The translations under genes were made by a program, and so were the position numbers. From an uncultured Chloroflexia bacterium (GTDB taxonomy: Bacteria > Chloroflexota > Limnocylindria > QHBO01), in NCBI GenBank assembly GCA_963827475.1, contig CAWHAZ010000007.1, forward strand, positions 32,001 through 96,000: a stretch of DNA of 64,000 nucleotides, given 5' to 3'. The notes beneath the pieces were generated by a model. It did no database searches, was not told the DNA's origin, and worked only from the letters and a program-made list of their open reading frames with translations. Shown piece after piece: positions 53,721-63,304 of this stretch (its first letter is position 1; each line of letters begins with the position of its first letter).

Positions 53721-55216
53721 GTGGCCACGATCATCCCGCGCTGGGAATGGCGCACGTTCGGCACCCGCTTCGGGGCAGCTGACGTGGTCTTCCGCGCGCT
53801 GACTCCGACCGGCATCCAGGAGAGCGACGAGCTGTACCTGCTGTCCGGGGTTGGGGACAACGTCAAGGTGCGCGACGACCTCATGGACATCAAGGTCCTG
53901 AAGGAGGTCAACGCCGACGGGCTCGAGCAGTGGACTCCGGTCATGAAGGCCGGATTCCCGCTCCCCGCAGCCGAGGTCACGAAGGTGTTCGAGGCGCTCC
54001 GGCGAGAGGTCCCGCACCTCGCCCGCGAGGCCTACACCCTCGACCAGTTCGTCGACGAATTGGTTCCCACGGCCGACGGTCTTCGCACCGTGACCGTCCA
54101 CAAGCGACGCGTCCGGTACATGATCGGCGGCTGCATCTCGGAGCTCTCGGACGTCTCCGCGGCCGGGAAGGAGACAGCGACGGTGGCGATCGAATCCGAG
54201 GATGCGGCTGCAGTCATCGCCGCGGTCCGCTCGATCGGCCTGGGCGACTACGTGAACACCAGCTACCCACGGGGTCTGGCGGATCTCATCGACGGGACGC
54301 CACAGCGATTCGCGGTCATCGACGTCGGGACCAACTCGATCAAGTTCCACCTCGCGGAGCGCCATGCCGACGGCACCTGGAAGACGCTGGCCGATCGGTC
54401 CGAGGTGACGCGCATCGGCGAGGGGCTCGAGGATACCGGGCGAGATCGGTCCGGAACCGCTCGAGCGGGCTGCGACGGCGATCGCGGGGATGGTGGAAGA
54501 GGCGCGGTCGCACGACGCGCGGGCGATCGCCGCGGTGGGGACCGCCGGCCTGCGCATGGCGGGCAACCAACAGGCGGTGGTCGACGCCATCCGGGATCGG
54601 GCGGGGGTCACGGTCGAGGTCATCCCCGGCGACGAGGAGAGCCGGCTGGCCTACCTCGCCGTCAAGAACGGGATCGGGCTTGCTGCCGGCTCACTGGTCG
54701 TGTTCGACACGGGCGGCGGCAGCTCCCAGTTCACCTTCGGCCAGGGCGACCGGGTGGACGAGCGGTTCAGCGTCGACGTCGGAGCCGTCCGGTTCACGGA
54801 GCGGTTCGGGCTCGACGGCGTCGTCTCCGAACGAGGTGCTGCGGGAGGCGCTCGATGCCATAGCCGCGGACCTGTCGAGCCTCGAGGGCCGACCGACCCC
54901 CGATGCCCTGGTCGGGATGGGCGGCGCGATCACGAACATCACTGCCGTGAAGCACGAGCTGGCCACCTACGACCCGGACGTCGTGCAGGGAACGGTCCTC
55001 GACCGGGCCGAGATCGACCGGCAGATCGAGCTGTACCGATCGCGGGACGCGGAGGCGCGTCGCCAGATCGTCGGTCTTCAGCCCAAGCGGGCCGAGGTGA
55101 TCCTGGCCGGGGCCTGCATCGTCAGGACCGTGATGGACAAGCTGGGCCGCGACGACCTCACGGTCAGCGACCGCGGTCTCCGCCACGGCCTGCTGGTGGA
55201 GCGCTTCGGCGCATAG
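53721..55216 (+). CDS. Ppx/GppA phosphatase with N-terminal CYTH-like domain (frameshifts near 54440 and 54830)
   Basis: N-terminus RWEWRTF...KVR...HKRRVRY...VAIESED...SYPRGL, then VIDVGTNS, GDEESRL, DTGGGSSQ, VSDRGLRHG. Confidence 0.85.
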
Positions 55217-55234
55217 GTCGCCGCCCGCGACTCT

Positions 55235-56279
55235 CTAGCCGGGGACGAGCACGGCGGTACCTGCGCCGATGTTTCCACCCGCCAGATCGGCGAGGGCTAG
55301 GTTGGCATCGGCCAGGGGATACGGCCTGACTGAGGTGCGGATGGGGATGGCGGCCGCGAGCTCGAGGAACTCGGCCGCGTCGGCACGGGTGACGTTCGCC
55401 ACGCTGCGCAGGACGCGCTCCTCCCACAGCAGGCGGTACGGGAAGGCAGGCACCTGGTCGAGGTGGATGGCGTTGATGACGACCGTGCCGCCGGGGGCCA
55501 CGTCGCCCAGCGCGAACACGGCCACCGTCCCGACCGGGGCGAACGAGATGGCCGCGTCCAGCGGGCGGGCCGGCGGCTCGGCGTAGCCGCCCGCGGATAC
55601 AGCACCCAGCTCGAGCGCCCGCTCCCGTTCCTCCGCGGAACGGGAGGCGACGTGGACCTCACAGCCGAGGTGGACGGCCTCCTGGATGGCCAGCGCAGCT
55701 GAGGCCCCGAAGCCGTACAGGCCCAGGCGGAAGGGCCCGGACCGATGCCCGGCCGCGTCCGGGCCCCCGGCCGCGAGCGCAGGCACGCCCGCCAGCCGCA
55801 GGGCCCGGTGGCCGATCACTCCACCGCACAGCAGCGGGGCCGCCTCGGCATCCGTGAACGCCTCAGGCAGGCGGACGGAGAACGGCTGCGGCCACGGTGA
55901 CCTCGTCCGCGAACCCGCCGTCGCGGTCCCAGCCGGTGAAGGTGGCGCTGGGGCACAGGTTCTCCCGACCGCCCAGGCAGTAGTCGCAGGTGCCGTCGGC
56001 ACCTGCCAGCCAGATGACGCCGGCGCGGTCGCCAACGGACCAGTCCGTCACGCCCTCGCCGACGGCGGTGACCTTCCCCACGACCTGGTGCCCCGGCACG
56101 ATCGGCAGGCGCCTGGCCGGGAGGTCACCCTCGACGATCTGCAGATCGGTCCGGCACACCGCGGTCGCGGCCACCCGCAGGGTGAGCTCGCCCGCACCCG
56201 GCGCGACGGGGTCGCGATCGGCGAGTGTCAGCCGGCCGGCGGAGGGGCGCCCCGGCTGGCGCAGCTCCATCGCCTGCAT
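55235..56279 (-). CDS. Zinc-binding alcohol dehydrogenase family protein (frameshift near 55880)
   Basis: VCRTD, PGHQ, CDYC..RENLC, APLLCGG, GFGASA. Confidence 0.9.
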
Positions 56280-56282
56280 CGG

Positions 56283-57641
56283 TCAGTCGCCGAGCTCCTG
56301 TGCGGCCTGCATGAACACCCCGCCCATGACCCGGGACAGGGTCGGGAAGGCGTGGATGGTGTCGGCCAGGACCGCCAGCGGGGTCCGCAGCTTCACGGCC
56401 AGCACCGCCTCGTGGATGGCCTCCGACGCGCCCGGCCCGGCGAGGAACACGCCCACCACCGTGCGCCTTGCCCGGTCCACGATCACGATCACGTGTCCCT
56501 CCGCCTCGGCCGTGTAGCCCTTGGCGCTGGTGGCGATGTCCTCCGCGAACTCGATCGCGTCGATGTCGGCCTTCAGGGCTTCCTCGAGCTGGAGACCGAC
56601 CGATGCCGTCTCCGGATCGGTGTAGGTCGCTCGCGGGATGGCCCGGAAGTCGGGCCGGACGTCGTCGCCCAGCGCCATGCGGACCACCATCTCGCCCTCG
56701 TAGTGGGCGACGTGGGTATGGAGCTCGGGACCTGCCGGGTCGCCGGCCACCCACACGCCCTCGGCGATCCGCAGCTGCGGGTCGGGGCGGAGGCGGCCGT
56801 CGGACACGTCCACGCCGACGGTCTCCAGTCCCAGGCCGTCGAGCGGGACCACCCGGCCGATGGCGAGCAGCACCGCCGATCCTTCCACGCTGCTCCCGTC
56901 GTTCAGCTCGACCCGGTGGCGGCCGTTCTGTCCGTCGCCGGGATGGACACGGATGGCCCGCGCCCCGGTGTGGATGGTCGCCCCCGCCTGCTCCAGGGCG
57001 CGCTGGAGGATGGCCGAGTTCCGGGGGTGGTCGCGGGCCAGGATTCGCGGGTTGGAGTCGACGATGGTGACCGGTACCCCGTAGCGCGCATAGACCTGGG
57101 CCAGTTCGATGCCGGTCGGCCCGCCGCCGAGGACGAGCAGGCTCTCCGGCAGCTCGCTGGCCGACGTCGCCTCGCGGTTGGTCCAGTACGGGATCTGGTC
57201 CAGCCCGGGCAGGTTCGGAATGCGCGACTGCGAGCCGACAGCCACGACCACGTGGGTGCCCTCCAGCTCGTGGGTGACGTCCTCGTGGGTCACCACCACC
57301 CGTCCCGGTCCATCCAGGCGCGCCGTGCCGCGGACGATCACCGCCCCCACGTCCTGCAGCCGCTGGACGTGGAACGCGTCGTCGGGGTAGGGGATGCCGA
57401 TCCGGTTGATGTTGTAGTCGCGGCGATCCGCGGCCTTCGGCCACGGGTAGTCGCCACCGCCGGCGTGGACCGCCGCCGAGTGGAGCAGGGACTTCGACGG
57501 GATGCAGGCCCAGAACGAGCAGGAGCCGCCGACGAGGTCGCGGTCGACGATCGCGACCGTGGCGCCGCGCTGACGGGCCTTGTTGGCCGCCGCCTCACCG
57601 GCTGCTCCGGCGCCGATCACGACGAAGTCAAACCGATCCAT
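56283..57641 (-). CDS. Pyridine nucleotide-disulfide oxidoreductase (Lpd/MerA-like)
   Basis: VIGAGAAG, GGSCSFWACIPSK redox disulfide, GGGPTGIE, HAFPT. Confidence 0.9.
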   Translation of the reverse strand: MDRFDFVVIGAGAAGEAAANKARQRGATVAIVDRDLVGGSCSFWACIPSKSLLHSAAVHAGGGDYPWPKAADRRDYNINRIGIPYPDDAFHVQRLQDVGAVIVRGTARLDGPGRVVVTHEDVTHELEGTHVVVAVGSQSRIPNLPGLDQIPYWTNREATSASELPESLLVLGGGPTGIELAQVYARYGVPVTIVDSNPRILARDHPRNSAILQRALEQAGATIHTGARAIRVHPGDGQNGRHRVELNDGSSVEGSAVLLAIGRVVPLDGLGLETVGVDVSDGRLRPDPQLRIAEGVWVAGDPAGPELHTHVAHYEGEMVVRMALGDDVRPDFRAIPRATYTDPETASVGLQLEEALKADIDAIEFAEDIATSAKGYTAEAEGHVIVIVDRARRTVVGVFLAGPGASEAIHEAVLAVKLRTPLAVLADTIHAFPTLSRVMGGVFMQAAQELGD

Positions 57642-58831
57642 GTCCCCGCTCCTCGCCCCCGATCCAGATCCGCAGCGGGGCGACCGCGCCCATGTGCAGG
57701 GCGAACGCCCCCTCGTGCTCAGCGTCCCAGGCCACGAGGTCGGCCGCCAGCCCCTCGCGGATGACTCCGGTCTCGGTGGACAGACCGATGGCGGCGGCCC
57801 CGCCCGCGGTGGCCGCCGCGACCGCCTCGTCGACGGTCATGTCCAGGTCGGTCGCCCCGAGGCCGACGACCAGCGGCATGGACGGGTTGGCGTAGGTGCC
57901 CGCGTTCGCGTCGCTGGCCAGGGCCACGGTGGCGCCCCCGTCGAGCAGGGCGCGGGCAGGCGGGCGACGGTCGCCCAGCAGCAGGGCCGGCCCGGGGAGG
58001 AGGGTCGCCACCGTGCGCGACGCGGCCAGGATCGCGACCCCGTCGTGGTCGAGCCGTTCGAGGTGGTCGACCGAGACGGCGCCGATCCGTCACCCCGAGC
58101 TCGGTGGCCCCGGTCCGCGCCAGCTGCTCGGCATGGAGCTTGGCTCCCATCCCGTGGGCTCCGGCGGCGGAGAGCACCCGCTCCGCCTGGGCCACCGTGA
58201 AGAAGCCCTCGTCACAAAAGACGTCGGCGAACTCGGCGTCACCGGCGACGGCCGGGATCATGTTGTGGACGACCTCGTCGACGTACTCCTCGGTCGAGGC
58301 CGCCTCGGGCGGCACGGCGTGGGCGCCGAGGAACGTGCGGACGACCCGAATGCCGACCCGCTCGCCGGCGGCCCGGATGATGCGCAGGCTGCGCAGCTCA
58401 TCGGCGAGCTCGAGCCCGTAGCCCGACTTCGCTTCCAGAGTGGTAGTGCCGCCGTCGAGCGCGGCCTGGAACCGCTCCTCGACCAGGGCCTCCAGCAGGT
58501 CGTCCGATGCCGCGCGGGTGGCCGCCACCGTGCGCAGGATGCCGCCCGCGGCATACGGCTGACCCGCCAGCCGCGCCGCGGCCTCGTCCGAGCGGTCACC
58601 GACGAAGACCGGATGGGTGTGGGCGTCCACCAGGCCGGGGCTGACCAGTGCGCTGCCGAGGTCCTCGAACCGGTCGGTGGCCGGGGCCTCGTCCGGTGTC
58701 CCGACCCACGCCACCCGCCCGTCGCGGACGAGGACGGCCCACGGCGAGAGGGTGCCGGGGGCATCGACCGCGTGGACCTGCGCCATCAGCAGCCGCCCGG
58801 TCCCGGTCAGGAGCAGCGGCTCGTCGGTCAT
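57628..58831 (-). CDS. hutI: Imidazolonepropionase (frameshift near 58085)
   Basis: PGLVDAHTH, GGILRTV, EAKSGYGL, FLGAHAVP, DVFCD, LHAEQL, ALASDAN. Confidence 0.92.
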
Positions 58832-58853
58832 GGCGCGAACCATAGCCGACCCT

Positions 58854-59795
58854 CTACGGCCCCTCCGCCGCCTCGGCTCCGGCCGCCTGCCGCATCCGCG
58901 GAGCACGCGCCGTGGCGAGGACAACCCCGCCGACCACCATCGCCACGCCGAGCAGCTGGGTGGGGGACGGCGACTCGCCGAGGATGAGCATGGCCAGCCC
59001 GACCGCCGCCACCGGCTGGATGAGGAGGACGATGGACGTGACGGCCGACGGGAGTCGCGGCAGGGCAACGCTGATCAACAGGTAGCCCACCACCTGGGCG
59101 CTGAGGGCGAGGATGAGCAGCCAGGCGGCGGACGGCCAGGTGGGCAGGAACGAGATCTCGCCGAGGACCAGGCCGGCCGCCGCCGAGGCCACGGCCGCCG
59201 ACGCAGTGGCGTCGAGCAGCGGGCCTGCCGGTCGCCGGGGGTCGCGGTTGCCGCGCCGCTGGACGAGGAGGAACCCGGCGTAGGCGGCGCCGGTGAACAG
59301 GCCCAGGAGCACCCCGCCGACCGGGTTCTCGCCGTACGCCCCCTCACCGACCACCCCCGAGATCAGGACGACGCCGCTGAGCGCGATCAGGAGGGCTACC
59401 ACGAGGCGGGCGGTCAGGCGCTCCCCGAAGAACAGCCAGGCGGCGACGGCCACGAACACGACCTGGGTATTGCCCAGGACGGTGGCCAGCCCGGCCCCGA
59501 CCATCGCGATCGCGTAGTGCCAGGCCACCAGGTCGGCGGCGAAGAACAGGCCGGCGATGATCGCCAGCCGACGCTGGCCCGGCGCCCGCGGACCGAAGCG
59601 GCGCTCCTCCGCCCGAGCCAGGAACCAGAGCACCGGCAGCGCATAGACGCAGCGGAAGACGGCTGCCGTCGCCGGTTCCACGTTGGCCAGGCGGACGAGG
59701 ACCCCGGTGAACGAGATGACCAGCGCCGCGAGAACGGCCGCGGTGACGGGCCGCGAGCCGAGCCGGTCGAGGGGCGCGGCCAGCTCGCTGCTCAT
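58854..59795 (-). CDS. EamA/DMT family transporter
   Basis: About 10 TM helices, GLATVLGNTQ, FFGERL, LIQPV. Confidence 0.9.
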   Translation of the reverse strand: MSSELAAPLDRLGSRPVTAAVLAALVISFTGVLVRLANVEPATAAVFRCVYALPVLWFLARAEERRFGPRAPGQRRLAIIAGLFFAADLVAWHYAIAMVGAGLATVLGNTQVVFVAVAAWLFFGERLTARLVVALLIALSGVVLISGVVGEGAYGENPVGGVLLGLFTGAAYAGFLLVQRRGNRDPRRPAGPLLDATASAAVASAAAGLVLGEISFLPTWPSAAWLLILALSAQVVGYLLISVALPRLPSAVTSIVLLIQPVAAVGLAMLILGESPSPTQLLGVAMVVGGVVLATARAPRMRQAAGAEAAEGP

Positions 59796-59858
59796 CGGTC
59801 GTACGGTATCCGTTCTGCCTTGCCGCAGCCCAAGCGAAGCCCGAAACTAGGCAGCCCG

Positions 59859-62507
59859 ATGACAACCCTGCCCACCGGCACCGTCACGTTCCTCTTCACC
59901 GACATCGAGGGCAGCACCCGCCTCGTCCAGTCGCTCGGGGCCGGATGGACCGCTGTCCTCGAGCGGCATCACGCCCTGCTCCGCGAGGCGATCGCCATCG
60001 GCGAAGGCACCGAGGTCAGCACCGAGGGCGATGCCTTCTTCGCGGTCTTTCCATCGGCCCAGCGGGCCGTCGCAGCGGCGTGCAGCGCTCAGCGAGCGCT
60101 TGCCGCGGAGCCCTGGCCGGAGGACGCGACCATCCGCGTGCGAATGGGGCTCCACACCGGGGAGGGGAGACTGGGCGGTGACAGCTACGTTGGATTGGAC
60201 GTGCACCGAGCGGCTCGGGTGGCCGCTGCCGGCCACGGGGGCCAGGTCCTGATCTCGGAGGCGACGCAGGCCCTGGCCGCCGGAGACCTTCCAGCGGGGG
60301 TCGGACTCTCCGATCTCGGCCAGCATCGGCTCAAGGATCTTTCGCGGCCCGAGCACCTGTGGCAGCTGACCATCGAGGGCCTGCCAGCCGACTTTCCGCC
60401 GCCGCGATCGCTGGACGCCACCCCGAACAACCTCCCACTCCAGCTGACCTCGTTCCTCGGCCGACGACGGGAGGTGCAGCAGGTCCTCGGCCTGCTCGCC
60501 GACCACCGGCTGGTGACCCTCACCGGGCCGGGCGGCACGGGCAAGACCCGGCTGGCGTTGCAGGTCGCCGCCGAGGCTGCTGAGCTCTTCGCGGACGGCG
60601 TCTACTTCGTGGCCCTCGAGCCCATCTCCAACCCCGATCTGTTCGTGCCGACCATGGCGCAGGCGCTGGCCATGCCCGATCCGGGTTCGGCGTCGCTCCA
60701 GCGCCTGGCCGAGCACCTGGGGAACCGGGCGTACCTGCTGGTGCTCGACAACTTCGAGCAGGTGGACGCCGCGGCGCCGCAGGTCGGTGACCTGCTGGCC
60801 CTCGCTCCCCGGACGGCGGTGCTGGCCACCAGCCGCAGCCCGCTTCGCGTCTACGGCGAGCGGGAGTACCCGGTCCCGCCCCTGGAAGTGCCCGATCCCC
60901 GGCACCTGCCCGACCTGGAGCGGTTCACCCAGTTCGAATCGGTCGCCCTCTTCACCGAGCGGGCGGTGGCGGTCCGACCTGACTTCGCGGTCGACAACGA
61001 CAACGCCCCGGCCGTGGCCGAGATCTGCGTCCGCCTCGACGGGCTGCCGCTCGCCATCGAGCTCGCCGCGGCCCGCGTGCGGGTGCTCAGCCCGCAGGCC
61101 ATCCTCGACCGCCTCAACGACCGGTTTGCGCTGCTGTCCAGCGGTGCCCGCGACCTGCCGGAGCGGCAGCAGACGCTGCGCGGCGCGATCGCGTGGAGCC
61201 ACGATCTGCTCGAGGAGTCGGACCGCCGGGCGTTTGCCCGCCTGTCGGTCTTCGCCGGAGGCGCGAGCCTGGAGCAGATCGAGGAGGTCTGCTTCGAGCC
61301 GGACGAGCGGGCACAGGCCCTGGACGTGGTTGCCTCGCTCGTGGACAAGAGCCTCCTGCGCGAGGAGTCGATGAGCGACGAGCCGCGGTTCCGGATGCTG
61401 GAGTCCATTCGCCAGTTCGCCGCTGAACAGCTGGCGGCCGGCGGCGAGGCGGAGACCCTGCGCGAACGGCACGCGGCGGCCATCGTGGCCTTCACGGAAC
61501 GCGCCGCGGCAGAAGTCCTCGGCGCCGACAGCCGGGACTGGCTGGACCGATACGAGCTGGAGCGGGACAACATCCGCGCCGCGATGCGCTGGGCTCTGGA
61601 CGGGCCGCACACCGAGACCGCGCTTCGCCTGCTCACGGCCTGTTGGCGGTACTGGCAGATCCGCGGCTATCTGACCGAGGCGCGCAGCCTCGCGGAGCAG
61701 GCGCTCGCGCTCCAGGACGCCACCGCGTTTCCCGGGCCCCGGGAGCAGGCCCTGGAGGCCGCGGGAGGTATCGCCTACTGGCAGGGGGACGCCGACGCCG
61801 CGCGGGTCTGGTACCAGGAGACCCTGGACCTGGCACGTGCGCGGCACGACGACCGAGCCGAGGCCAACGCCCTGTACAACATGACCTTCACCTACGTCTG
61901 GCAGCCGGAGGCCCAGGCCGAGGCGCGTCAGGTGGCGCAGGAGTCGCTGGCGGTCAACCAGCGGCTGAACGACCGACAGGGCATCGGTCGGGCGCTGTGG
62001 GCGATCGCCAGCACCTACTACTTCGAGAGCGACCTGAACGAGGCGCAGAGGATCAACGGCGAGGCGCTCGACGTCTTCCGCGAGGTCGGTGACCAATTCA
62101 TGATCGGGTGGACGCTGTACATGCGCGGCCTGATCAGCCTGCGCGACGACCTCCAGGCAGCGCGCACGGATCTCACGGAGGCATACGGGATCTTTCGATC
62201 GACCGATGACGTCACTGGCTACGCGCTGGTGTTCGACGCGTTCGCGGCGATCGCCCATCTCGGCGGCGATGACGTGGCGGCGGCTCGGCTGGCCGGTTAC
62301 GCGACCGCCACCGAGCGCCTCGCCGGCTCGGGCCTCGGCGCCGCCAACCGCGACCTGGCTCGCTTCGATCCCGATCGGTTGCGCGCGGAGAGCCCGGAGT
62401 TTGCCGCTGACTTCGCGATCGGTCAGCGCATGGAGCTCGCGGAGGTCGAGCGGCTCGCGCTGGGTGCCGACGCGCCGGGCGCCGACGCGCCGGCGCCGCC
62501 GGCCTAG
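59859..62507 (+). CDS. Class III cyclase + NB-ARC-type STAND ATPase + TPR-like protein (Rv0386-like cyclase)
   Basis: LPTGTVTFLFTDIEGST, TEGDAFF, RMGLHTG, GLDVHRAARV, GPGGTGKT, LVLDNFEQ, LDGLPLAIELAAAR. ORF is intact. Confidence 0.92.
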   Translation: MTTLPTGTVTFLFTDIEGSTRLVQSLGAGWTAVLERHHALLREAIAIGEGTEVSTEGDAFFAVFPSAQRAVAAACSAQRALAAEPWPEDATIRVRMGLHTGEGRLGGDSYVGLDVHRAARVAAAGHGGQVLISEATQALAAGDLPAGVGLSDLGQHRLKDLSRPEHLWQLTIEGLPADFPPPRSLDATPNNLPLQLTSFLGRRREVQQVLGLLADHRLVTLTGPGGTGKTRLALQVAAEAAELFADGVYFVALEPISNPDLFVPTMAQALAMPDPGSASLQRLAEHLGNRAYLLVLDNFEQVDAAAPQVGDLLALAPRTAVLATSRSPLRVYGEREYPVPPLEVPDPRHLPDLERFTQFESVALFTERAVAVRPDFAVDNDNAPAVAEICVRLDGLPLAIELAAARVRVLSPQAILDRLNDRFALLSSGARDLPERQQTLRGAIAWSHDLLEESDRRAFARLSVFAGGASLEQIEEVCFEPDERAQALDVVASLVDKSLLREESMSDEPRFRMLESIRQFAAEQLAAGGEAETLRERHAAAIVAFTERAAAEVLGADSRDWLDRYELERDNIRAAMRWALDGPHTETALRLLTACWRYWQIRGYLTEARSLAEQALALQDATAFPGPREQALEAAGGIAYWQGDADAARVWYQETLDLARARHDDRAEANALYNMTFTYVWQPEAQAEARQVAQESLAVNQRLNDRQGIGRALWAIASTYYFESDLNEAQRINGEALDVFREVGDQFMIGWTLYMRGLISLRDDLQAARTDLTEAYGIFRSTDDVTGYALVFDAFAAIAHLGGDDVAAARLAGYATATERLAGSGLGAANRDLARFDPDRLRAESPEFAADFAIGQRMELAEVERLALGADAPGADAPAPPA

Positions 62508-63304
62508 GCCGGGGCCGCCAGGTCGCGGCGGGGGAAGACGACCAGCGCCCAGATGACGGGCAGCACGATGGCAACGCCGAAGATCACGAGATCGATCGGA
62601 TCGAGGTTGCCGGTCACGATCTCGCCGGGGTTGAAGTGGTGGAACAGCGAGTACTCCTGGGTCCACTCCAGGTCCGGCAGGAACGAGCCCAGGATCTCGA
62701 AGAAGTAGTTGATGCCGAGGTACGCGAGCGCGAGACCGATGGCCGGGCCGCGGCGGTCGAAGGACACGCTGGCGGCCAATGAGAAGGCAGCGAACGCCGC
62801 CCACAGCATGAGGCCGACCACCCACACCACCGGCATCATCACCATGTCGATCTCGTCGTCGACGCCAAGCAGGTAGATGCTGAGCACCTGGCCGACCAGC
62901 AGCAGGGCCAGGACCACCGCGATCGCGATCTTCACCGCGGCTCCCACCGAGACGTAGAACCGGCGGCGCGACAGCGGTCGGGCGAGCACGACCTCGAGGG
63001 TCCCGGACTCCCGCTCGCCGGCGACCGCGCTGGCGGCCGCTCCAACCGCGAAGACCGCCACCAGACCGATACCGAGCGGGTGCTGGAAGCCGATCGTCAT
63101 CGCCCCGCCGAGGGTGAACAGGCTGCCCGAGCCGAAGTTCAGCAGGTCCTCCGGGAAGCCCGCACCGATCAACCCTTCGAACAGGTCCTGGAAGGTCACG
63201 TAGAAGGTCGGAATCAGGGCCCCCCAGGCGAGCGCGGCCAGGCCGACGGCGATCAGGCGACCGCGCTGCCAGTACAGGGACTGGCGCAGGACCCTCAGGC
63301 TCAC
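62504..63304 (-). CDS. ABC-2 type transporter permease
   Basis: 6 TM helices, AGERESGTLEVVLARPLSR, FPRRDL. Confidence 0.9.
   Translation of the reverse strand: MSLRVLRQSLYWQRGRLIAVGLAALAWGALIPTFYVTFQDLFEGLIGAGFPEDLLNFGSGSLFTLGGAMTIGFQHPLGIGLVAVFAVGAAASAVAGERESGTLEVVLARPLSRRRFYVSVGAAVKIAIAVVLALLLVGQVLSIYLLGVDDEIDMVMMPVVWVVGLMLWAAFAAFSLAASVSFDRRGPAIGLALAYLGINYFFEILGSFLPDLEWTQEYSLFHHFNPGEIVTGNLDPIDLVIFGVAIVLPVIWALVVFPRRDLAAPA

Noticed and set aside
56283-57641. Mercuric reductase merA
   Set aside because: It lacks the C-terminal Cys-Cys pair and the N-terminal metal-binding domain, and no mer genes are adjacent.
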